Shown here one piece after another: positions 25,322 through 32,000 of a DNA stretch of 32,000 nt; position 1 is the stretch's first letter, and each line of letters begins with the position of its first letter. The DNA is from Nitrosopumilus cobalaminigenes (GTDB taxonomy: Archaea; Thermoproteota; Nitrososphaeria; Nitrososphaerales; Nitrosopumilaceae), in contig NZ_CP026993.1 of NCBI RefSeq assembly GCF_013407145.1, positions 858,590 to 890,589 of the forward strand, written 5' to 3'. Under the pieces are notes generated by a model. It was not told the origin of the DNA. It did not search any database and saw only the letters and a program-made list of their open reading frames with translations. The position numbers and the translations under genes were made by a program.

Positions 25322-26935
25322 CTATTTTTCATCATGATCAATACTGTGTTTTGAATAATATTTCTCTAGAAAATTTAACTTTATGTTTTCTTCTTTGATA
25401 CACCTTATTACAACCATTAACCCTTCATGTGAAAAACCTATTTCACCTTTTTGATTTTTACTATAAAGATGAGGATACTGTTTCAAAATTTGCTTATATT
25501 TTACCTCATTTACAAATTCATCATTGAATATTTTTTTATAATCTTCAGAAAGATAATTATCTTCCAACCACTTTGCTTTTTCATCGGATAAATGCATAAT
25601 TTTTAGTGGTTCGCTTAATTCTTTGTATTGTTTTACAATTTCTGCGATATTTTTAATTTTATTTTTCAAAATTTTTCCAAAATCAGGATCATAAAATCCT
25701 GCAGACATTATTGAAACAAACAAACGTTTGCTAAATTTCTGTATCGTATCCATATCTAGAGGGTAATGAGCCAGAAACTTGGTCATTTTACCATCGACAT
25801 AGTGACCAAAGTCAATATGTAAAAATTTCTCCCCTTTAGAAACATCAAATCGTAGATTATAATCGATTTTTTTCTCATCTAAAAGATCAAAACGAATTAC
25901 AGCGCTTCCTCTTGAATTTTGAGTTACATTCTGATAGTAAAAACTATCTTCGGTATTGAGTTCCTTTGATATTCCAAATAAGAAAAATTCAGGAATAGTA
26001 ATTTGAGATGTATGATCATTGTCAGATTCGTATTCAAATGGATATAGCGCAGAAAAATACATCCAAGGTAAAGGAGTATAATTTGCATGAAAAAGAGATA
26101 CATGCATCATACTTAGAAAATTTTCTTGCTGGTATGATTTTTCAAGTAACATTTTACAGGATTTGATAAATAATTCAGGAGTCTTGACTTTTGGATTAGG
26201 TTCATTTTCATATCTACTTGATAAATTGAATGAAATCGTCTTTTCATTTTTCAAATCATAAAATATGCAACCCAGAAACACATCAGGACTAAATTTTGAT
26301 TTATTGGATTTTGAATAAATATAGAAATAACTGAATGCAAAACAATTTTGTATTTCTTTTGATTTGTTTTTTAATTCCAAGATTTTTTGAATAGAAGTAC
26401 GATTTTTATCAATTATTTCACAATCAATTTCATCATTATTTTCATAAAGTATCAATACATTAGAAAATAAATTAAACATGTTTTTTCCGGAATTGTTTTG
26501 TTGATATAATTTAATTTCAGAATCTGCATATTCTTTAAGAAAATCAATTATTTTTTTGAAATTTTTTGAATTTATTTTTTCAACATGAACACAAGGCTTT
26601 CGCCGCTTGTCAAAGTGCTCATAAGTATACATTTCAACATCGGATTTGGCAGTATGATCTGAAATTTTATCCATGTAGACTCCATCGATATTTGCAAATT
26701 GATTATATTGTAAAGCAAAAAGTGCACCTAATTCTGAGCAATCAACTGTTATTCGTTCATTGTTTTTTTCTAAAAAAATATGTCCAAAATTCTTTGTTGT
26801 TTCAAGTTCCCCTTTTTCATTTTTCGCCATAGCGATAGTCCCGCTTCTGTCAACTACGATGTACCCTTGTGAAAGTAGTTCTTTGAATTCTTCCTCGGTT
26901 TTAATTTTAATTAGTTTCTTACTTTTTTTATCCAA
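25322..26935 (-). CDS. large hypothetical protein (537 aa), no recognisable domain
   Basis: Long uninterrupted ORF in AT-rich DNA, which is unlikely by chance. The antisense ORFs 26566..26832 and 26760..27008 are shadows. Confidence 0.7.
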   Translation of the reverse strand: MDKKSKKLIKIKTEEEFKELLSQGYIVVDRSGTIAMAKNEKGELETTKNFGHIFLEKNNERITVDCSELGALFALQYNQFANIDGVYMDKISDHTAKSDVEMYTYEHFDKRRKPCVHVEKINSKNFKKIIDFLKEYADSEIKLYQQNNSGKNMFNLFSNVLILYENNDEIDCEIIDKNRTSIQKILELKNKSKEIQNCFAFSYFYIYSKSNKSKFSPDVFLGCIFYDLKNEKTISFNLSSRYENEPNPKVKTPELFIKSCKMLLEKSYQQENFLSMMHVSLFHANYTPLPWMYFSALYPFEYESDNDHTSQITIPEFFLFGISKELNTEDSFYYQNVTQNSRGSAVIRFDLLDEKKIDYNLRFDVSKGEKFLHIDFGHYVDGKMTKFLAHYPLDMDTIQKFSKRLFVSIMSAGFYDPDFGKILKNKIKNIAEIVKQYKELSEPLKIMHLSDEKAKWLEDNYLSEDYKKIFNDEFVNEVKYKQILKQYPHLYSKNQKGEIGFSHEGLMVVIRCIKEENIKLNFLEKYYSKHSIDHDEK

Positions 26936-27017
26936 TTGCTTATTTCAATCAAATTATGTATTTCAATTTAATTATCCAAGTAAAACATTATTTGTCAATA
27001 AAATATGAAGATAATAC

Positions 27018-27809
27018 ATGTGGTTTGATAATCCTTTGTTACCGCCTTTACTAGTTCTTGTTGCTATTGGTATTGCTGTTGGATATATGATAGGATTTGT
27101 TGATAATGATGTAGATTCTGCAAGTGAATTGGGGATTTATCTTGCTGCAATTTCAATTGGATTGACAGGAGCAGTTTTCATATTGCAAAGTAAAACTAGC
27201 CATGAAGTTAAAGATATTGTTAAGAAAATGGATGATGAAAAAAAGGATAGAAAAGAATATGTCCTCAGAGGATTGGTAAACGCGTTTAGAGAAACACGTT
27301 ATAATCTGCAATTGATGCGTTCAGAATTACTGACATTGGCACGATCCAATGGAGTAAATGGAAATAAGCAAACAATAGAAAACAATTGGAAAATTATTAA
27401 CAATTCAGGAGTTGACAGAATTCAATTTTTAATAACATTGTCTCATGATGTTATTTCAACCTCTAAATTAGATCAAATTGAAACTGTCAAAAATATTATG
27501 AAATCCGAATATGATTCAGATTATAACACCATGAGTACTATAGTATCGTTCTTGTTAACTCAATCAGATTATGTATTTAGAGATGATCTTAAAGAATTAC
27601 GACTTAAAATGGCAAAAGAAGAAATTTCAAAATTAGTATCAGAATTAAAAAGTGGGGCGGATGAAAATTCATTAAGTTTTCAGAGAAATAAAAGGCGGTG
27701 GGAATCCTATCTATATTTACCAACAGATGATGAAATCAAAAATGAGTGTGAATCTAAACTTGAAGCAACTTCTTCTGAAGACAGCACTCTGCCAGATTTT
27801 GAACCATGA
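27018..27809 (+). CDS. two-TM N-terminal anchor plus helical cytoplasmic domain protein (263 aa)
   Basis: TM helices LLPPLLVLVAIGIAVGYMIGF and LGIYLAAISIGLTGAVFIL. The 3' end overlaps the 3' end of cas1 by 56 nt (convergent). Confidence 0.6.
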   Translation: MWFDNPLLPPLLVLVAIGIAVGYMIGFVDNDVDSASELGIYLAAISIGLTGAVFILQSKTSHEVKDIVKKMDDEKKDRKEYVLRGLVNAFRETRYNLQLMRSELLTLARSNGVNGNKQTIENNWKIINNSGVDRIQFLITLSHDVISTSKLDQIETVKNIMKSEYDSDYNTMSTIVSFLLTQSDYVFRDDLKELRLKMAKEEISKLVSELKSGADENSLSFQRNKRRWESYLYLPTDDEIKNECESKLEATSSEDSTLPDFEP

Positions 27810-28770
27810 CCTTAGCAACAGTAATCTCTTGAACTGATTTCAGACCTGATTTTGTCTTCTTTCCGTGCCTAAAATCATACTTTCTTTCCTGTGAAAATTG
27901 CCTTTCTAATAATTCTAAAAACCTTCTAATCAAATCGTATTCAATTACTACAGTTCCATCTTTGGTGTAACTATACTCTTTGAGTTTGATTCTATTTCTC
28001 TTCTCTTTGTTATTTGCAATTTTATACACAGAATAGTCCACTAACCATCTGAATGGCTCAATCAAATCATAAACTAGGGGTTGAAATCCTGTGTGAGTTT
28101 TATGCATAAATCCAAAGTAAGGATCAAGACCAATTCCACAGACAAATTTTGATATCTCACCTGCCAAAACAGAATACCCATAATTCAGTAAAGCATTGAT
28201 GATGTCAGTTGCATCATTTTTGGCAATTCTGATAGAGGATTGATTCCTTGAATGAAATCCATATTTTTCCGGGATGAATTTGGCATATTCTCTAAAGTAG
28301 ATTATGGCGGCAGATGATTCTCTATCAGGTAATGAAGTAATGCCACTACCAATTAGTTTGAGCAGTTTTAGTTGAGATTCTTTTTTGGCCGAGATGATTT
28401 GTTTTCTCAGATATCCACATTTTGACTCGTTTCGAAACGTATCATATTGTGCTATTCGGTATTTTGTTCCAGTTAGAGAATCCATCATGCCATTACAGAA
28501 AGTGACGGGTTTTCCGTGATTATCAAGTAAAATGACATTTCGGTTATTTTGAGAAAGTAGCGATAATGCCTCAGTGGAGACGTAGCCCTTTCCTGAAATA
28601 ACAATTTTCTCATATGGCATGTTTTTGACAAACCATTCCTCAATTTCAGGCTCAGAAAATGGGTCGTGATTTGATTTTAGGATAATTTTAGAATTTTTAA
28701 CAGAAATAGAATGACCATAGCCTTTGAGGAATTTTATGTTATAGTGGTTTTTTTGACCTTTAAGAGTCAA
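27754..28770 (-). CDS. cas1: Cas1 family integrase (casposase), solo
   Basis: ESSAAIIYF (E151), the signature INALLNYGYSVLAGEI....GLDPYFGFMHKT (H223) and PLVYDLIEPFR (D235/E238), and an N-terminal beta-rich domain. 338 aa. There is no cas2 or CRISPR in the window. Confidence 0.9.
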   Translation of the reverse strand: MTLKGQKNHYNIKFLKGYGHSISVKNSKIILKSNHDPFSEPEIEEWFVKNMPYEKIVISGKGYVSTEALSLLSQNNRNVILLDNHGKPVTFCNGMMDSLTGTKYRIAQYDTFRNESKCGYLRKQIISAKKESQLKLLKLIGSGITSLPDRESSAAIIYFREYAKFIPEKYGFHSRNQSSIRIAKNDATDIINALLNYGYSVLAGEISKFVCGIGLDPYFGFMHKTHTGFQPLVYDLIEPFRWLVDYSVYKIANNKEKRNRIKLKEYSYTKDGTVVIEYDLIRRFLELLERQFSQERKYDFRHGKKTKSGLKSVQEITVAKVMVQNLAECCLQKKLLQV

Positions 28771-29665
28771 ATTCTTTAATTTGATATTCTACATCTTCAA
28801 ACGGATTTTCTAATTGATTAAGCTGATTGTAAATCAGAGTAATTGCAATGTTCAAACAATTCCAAGCATTCTCTTGAGTCACTTCTCTTTTTTTCCTATG
28901 AACAATATCATTTCTTAATTTTCTTAATTTTGTAAAGCATTCATATCCTTTTGAATCAAGTTTCTCAGAAAACGTAAAGGCCTCAATATAATGACTAGTG
29001 CTCCAAGAATGATGATTTTTTAATGCTTGTCTTTCCTCCTTTGTTCTCTTCAAATCTTTGACAAATTTTTCCCAAACTCTTTCTATAACACTTTCAATAA
29101 CAATCCAGGAATTAAGAAAAGATATGCTAAACAATTCATCTTGATACATTCCACCAGATTCACCAATTATCAACAAATCATTTTTGAAACTATCATTGTC
29201 AAGGAAACGAGCTGATTGATCAATTAACATTTCCATAAGATGTTTTTGAATTGGTTGTCTTTCAATTGTTGACCAATATTCATAGTCTACATCATCTTCA
29301 CGTTTACTTTCTTGAATTACCCGTAAAGATTTACTCAAACTACCTGCAGCTACAACATAATCCCAATCTTCTTTCCAAGTAAATCCACAGATATCATTTT
29401 TTGTAATAAATCTGGCCCGATGAAATTTTGTGATAAATACTGCAAAAAGTACATTGAGAAATTCAAATGCTTCATCTTCGTTTTTCCCAATAGGACAAAC
29501 AAAACAATCATCAGTTACTAGAACTCGCAATCCTTCGGATGTAGTAGTGTCGATAACAATGGGTCTTTTAATCGTCGATATTCGTGGTAGTTTCTCAGGA
29601 TTTGCTTCATAAAGTTGAGATGGTGGATAAAAAAATGTGCCAAAACCAATCGTTCTTCCAGTCAT
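28760..29665 (-). CDS. protein with C-terminal HEPN-like domain (R-x4-H), 301 aa
   Basis: KLRKLRNDIVHRK (R251-N-D-I-V-H256, nt 28898..28915) sits in a helical C-terminal half. The stop overlaps the cas1 start by 11 nt, and the start overlaps the upstream ORF stop by 4 nt. Confidence 0.6.
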   Translation of the reverse strand: MTGRTIGFGTFFYPPSQLYEANPEKLPRISTIKRPIVIDTTTSEGLRVLVTDDCFVCPIGKNEDEAFEFLNVLFAVFITKFHRARFITKNDICGFTWKEDWDYVVAAGSLSKSLRVIQESKREDDVDYEYWSTIERQPIQKHLMEMLIDQSARFLDNDSFKNDLLIIGESGGMYQDELFSISFLNSWIVIESVIERVWEKFVKDLKRTKEERQALKNHHSWSTSHYIEAFTFSEKLDSKGYECFTKLRKLRNDIVHRKKREVTQENAWNCLNIAITLIYNQLNQLENPFEDVEYQIKEFDS

Positions 29666-29889
29666 GTATTGTCTCTAATCTTAGTCATTTTTACAGATTT
29701 CCTAGTTAATTCATCAATTGCACTCTGAATAATAGAATGATCTCTATTTGCCATTTGACTTAACATTTGAGCAGTTTCTTTCAAATCTTGATTGTTAAAT
29801 CCTTGAGCACTTTGCTTCCAATTCTCAGCATAGAATTTTAGCATATTTTGATAGTTGGACAATATCTCAATTGCCTTGGCTTTTGTCAT
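29662..29889 (-). CDS. small helical protein (75 aa), first gene of the cas1 operon
   Basis: ORF beginning ~110 nt inside the right TIR terminus. A TATA-like CTTTAAG lies ~30 nt upstream. Confidence 0.5.
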   Translation of the reverse strand: MTKAKAIEILSNYQNMLKFYAENWKQSAQGFNNQDLKETAQMLSQMANRDHSIIQSAIDELTRKSVKMTKIRDNT

Positions 29890-29946
29890 TACTTTGTCAT
29901 AATGAACATCATGATCTTAAAGAATTTGCAACAAAATAGAATCTGA

Positions 29947-30000
29947 AAAATCATCTAGTGTACCGTCTAAAATTAGGCGTAAAAGGGGGGCATTCTATTT
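29947..30000 (-). repeat. right terminal inverted repeat (R)
   Basis: The reverse complement is AAATAGAATGCCCCCCTTTTACGCCTAATTTTAGACGGTACACTAGATGATTTT. It pairs with L1 (16022) and, over a longer span, with L2 (16348). Confidence 0.85.
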
Positions 30001-30018
30001 TTATTCTTTATCGATAAA
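30001..30018. repeat. right copy of the target-site duplication; also the last 5 codons plus stop of aEF-2
   Basis: TTATTCTTTATCGATAAA is identical to 16005..16022. Confidence 0.9.
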
Positions 30019-32000
30019 TTCTGAAACACCTGGTGGTTCTGGTGCCAATCCTTTTCTCTTTCTAATATCAGCTACTGCTGGTCCTAACATTGATTTTGGA
30101 ACTTCAGTCCATTCTTTGAAAGAAGTATTCCAAGTTGCACGACCGGCAGTCTGTCCTCTCATAGCTTCTGATAGTGTAAAAGTTTCTGATGCAGGAATCT
30201 CTCCAACGACAATACTTGTTGCACCTTTTTGTGACATATCAAGTACTTTACCTCGTTTACCTGAAAGTATAGTTGCAACATTTCCAACCAAATCAGTTGG
30301 TACACGAACTTCAATTGCCAAAGTTGGCTCCAACACTGCAGTACCTGCTGTTAGCAAAGCACCCATACATGCACGTCTTGATGCAGGTCCTAATTGTGAC
30401 AAACCTCTGTGTGCTGTATCCTCGTGAGGAACAAAGTGAGTAAAGATGAATTTACAATCCCTCATCTGTTCTTTACAGAGAGGACCTTCTTTCATTACTT
30501 CTTCAAATCCTGAATTAATAGAATCAGTGGACTCTTGTACAAATTGAACACCTTTTGTTCCATTAATCAAAACATTACCACGTGAATCAAATTTCATAAT
30601 TCTCTTGATTGTGTCAGTATCCCATCCTGCACCTTTGAGTAAATCAGATACCACCTTCTTATCTTTGATGTCAGATATTTCACCAGTTCTTAGCATATGT
30701 GCAATTTCAGGTTCTAGTGGTTCTACTTTCATGAAAATTTTATTGTGACGGTTTGGTGATTTTGCCATGATTGGCTCACATGGACCTTTTACAGTTTCTC
30801 TGTAGTTAATCAAAGGCTCTGATGTTACAATCTCAACTTTTGCATCTTGGATTCTGTGTGTTGCAACATCCAAGTGTAGCACACCCATTCCTGCAACAAT
30901 TGTCTCACCTGATTCCTCATCAATTTTTACAACAAGGTTAGGATCCTCAATGGTTAATTGTCTTAAAACTTCGACTAGTTTAGGTAAATCTTTAGGATGT
31001 TTTGGCTCGATGGCAATTTGAACAACTGGTTCTGACACATACTTTACACCTTCAAACATTGGAATGTCTTTAATTGATGATAGAGTGTTTCCTGCTCTAC
31101 ACTCAGTTAATCCTAATAATGCTGGAATATTTCCTGCTCCTAGTTCACCAACTTGTTCTCTTTGGTTACCCATAAAGAAATTGACGGATTGAACTCTGCC
31201 TTCTCTTTTCTCATCTATAATGTTCAAAGTTTGACCATCTTTGATAGTACCAGAAAATAATCTTCCAATTGCAACAGGACCTGCTGCAGGATCTAACACC
31301 ATGTTTACAACCATCATAATTGTTGGACCATCATCATCTCCTGCAAGCAATGCTTTACCTACATCAGATTCTAAATCGCCTTTCCAAATTTGTGGGATTC
31401 TGTACTTGATTGCATCGTGTGGTGCTGGATGATGTTTTACAACCATTCCAAGAACAGCATCAGCTAGTGGTGCTTTCTCAATAAGGTCTGGAAGTTTTTC
31501 ATCAGTGTATGCATCAATTACATCTTTGAATGTGATTCCTCTTTCTTTCATTAAATCAGTGTTAATTGCCCATCTGTCTTTTGCTGAACCAAATGTCACA
31601 CTTGCATCTTGAATAGATACTTTCCATTTCTCTTTGTATTCAGGTTCTGCATAAGTGTCAACTAGAGTATTGAAATTTGAAACAACTTCAGCTAATTGTG
31701 CTTGCATTTTTTCTGGAGTTAATCTTAGTTCTTTGATTAATCTGTCTACTTTGTTGATAAACAAAACGGGTTTTACTCTCTCCTCTAGTGCCATTCTAGT
31801 TACTGTTTCTGTTTGAGTCATGATACCTTCTACTGCATCACAGACAACTACAGCACCATCAATTGCTCTTAGTGAACGAATTACCCTTCCACTGAAATCT
31901 ACGTGGCCTGGAGTATCAATCATGTTAATTACGTATTCTTGGTCTTTTTGTGCAAAGAGCAAAGTAACGTTTGCTTGGTAAATTGTAATTCCTCTTTCCT
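30001..32000 (-). CDS. fusA: translation elongation factor aEF-2 (5'-partial; N-terminus lies beyond the window)
   Basis: The reading frame stays open to the window edge (..RGITIYQANVTLLFAQKD..). The G-domain motif is DTPGHVDF. The diphthamide-site region is HEDTAHRG. 653+ aa of clear EF-2/EF-G family sequence, ending ..SEFIDKE. Confidence 0.95.
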   Translation of the reverse strand, partial: ERGITIYQANVTLLFAQKDQEYVINMIDTPGHVDFSGRVIRSLRAIDGAVVVCDAVEGIMTQTETVTRMALEERVKPVLFINKVDRLIKELRLTPEKMQAQLAEVVSNFNTLVDTYAEPEYKEKWKVSIQDASVTFGSAKDRWAINTDLMKERGITFKDVIDAYTDEKLPDLIEKAPLADAVLGMVVKHHPAPHDAIKYRIPQIWKGDLESDVGKALLAGDDDGPTIMMVVNMVLDPAAGPVAIGRLFSGTIKDGQTLNIIDEKREGRVQSVNFFMGNQREQVGELGAGNIPALLGLTECRAGNTLSSIKDIPMFEGVKYVSEPVVQIAIEPKHPKDLPKLVEVLRQLTIEDPNLVVKIDEESGETIVAGMGVLHLDVATHRIQDAKVEIVTSEPLINYRETVKGPCEPIMAKSPNRHNKIFMKVEPLEPEIAHMLRTGEISDIKDKKVVSDLLKGAGWDTDTIKRIMKFDSRGNVLINGTKGVQFVQESTDSINSGFEEVMKEGPLCKEQMRDCKFIFTHFVPHEDTAHRGLSQLGPASRRACMGALLTAGTAVLEPTLAIEVRVPTDLVGNVATILSGKRGKVLDMSQKGATSIVVGEIPASETFTLSEAMRGQTAGRATWNTSFKEWTEVPKSMLGPAVADIRKRKGLAPEPPGVSEFIDKE

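Larger units (their letters stand above)
16022..30000. mobile_element. casposon (Cas1 + protein-primed-type PolB self-synthesizing transposon), ~14 kb, integrated at the 3' end of aEF-2
   Basis: Bounded by an 18-19 bp TSD and by imperfect TIRs (16/16 identical terminal nt). Contains cas1 and polB on the same strand. There is no cas2 or CRISPR in the window. Boundaries are ambiguous by 1-3 nt because of A/T runs. Confidence 0.9.

Noticed and set aside
16022-30000. Alternative reading of the insertion as an integrated virus or plasmid rather than a casposon
   Set aside because: I see no recognisable capsid, terminase/packaging ATPase, tyrosine/serine integrase or Rep gene. The ends are TIRs with a short TSD (transposon-like) rather than att direct repeats, and Cas1 is the only integrase-type enzyme. 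The many ORFans mean a viral connection cannot be fully excluded without structure or HMM searches.
30001-30018. aEF-2 disrupted or C-terminally altered by the insertion
   Set aside because: The duplicated target supplies the same final codons (FIDKE) and stop on the gene-proximal side, so the essential gene remains intact.
30116-31432. Plus-strand ORFs 30116..30427 and 31241..31432 inside aEF-2, and similar antisense ORFs inside other long genes (562..873, 1175..1393, 3459..3647, 3726..3947, 3975..4166, 4568..4780, 5222..5443, 5911..6147, 8626..8817, 9170..9394, 11095..11421, 12114..12395, 13093..13368, 13603..14136, 14271..14499, 18001..18210, 19113..19349, 20367..20726, 21427..21609, 22690..22929, 24348..24647, 26566..27008, 29027..29215, 29430..29612)
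   Set aside because: These are shadow ORFs on the opposite strand of well-supported genes. Their translations are low-complexity (S/F/L/I-rich) and lack any motif.

Overview
This is a visibly AT-rich archaeal chromosomal segment. The gene content (aEF-2, a PEFG-CTERM cupredoxin, many small lineage-specific ORFs) looks like a marine Nitrosopumilus-type thaumarchaeon. The main result is a ~14 kb insertion at 16022..30000 that abuts the stop codon of the elongation factor aEF-2 gene (30001..>32000, minus strand). An 18-19 bp direct repeat brackets the insertion and duplicates the last five aEF-2 codons plus the stop. Imperfect terminal inverted repeats beginning AAATAGAATGCCCCCC lie just inside the direct repeats. 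The insertion encodes a solo Cas1 (27754..28770) with no Cas2 and no CRISPR array in the window, and a family B DNA polymerase of the protein-primed type (21960..23741). This architecture is that of a casposon, a Cas1-dependent self-synthesizing transposon, and resembles what I recall of the thaumarchaeal family 1 casposons. Several features of this copy deserve a closer look. There is a second same-orientation left-end TIR 326 bp inside the first. A HEPN-like (R-x4-H) protein is translationally coupled to cas1. The polymerase motif C reads ATDS rather than DTDS. A 43-bp tandem repeat has a distal copy that brackets two SHOCT-domain genes. Two cargo genes share a 21-nt promoter box. Several large cargo ORFs have no domain I can recognise. 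The left 16 kb is ordinary but ORFan-rich chromosome. It contains an O-methyltransferase, a KaiC/RecA-like ATPase, a blue copper protein, wHTH regulators, a secreted protein with ten perfect 24-bp (VEDEQTLP) repeats, and a palindromic 24-bp x3 repeat. No tRNA, rRNA or CRISPR array was seen. All domain calls rest on motif reading by eye, with no database search.
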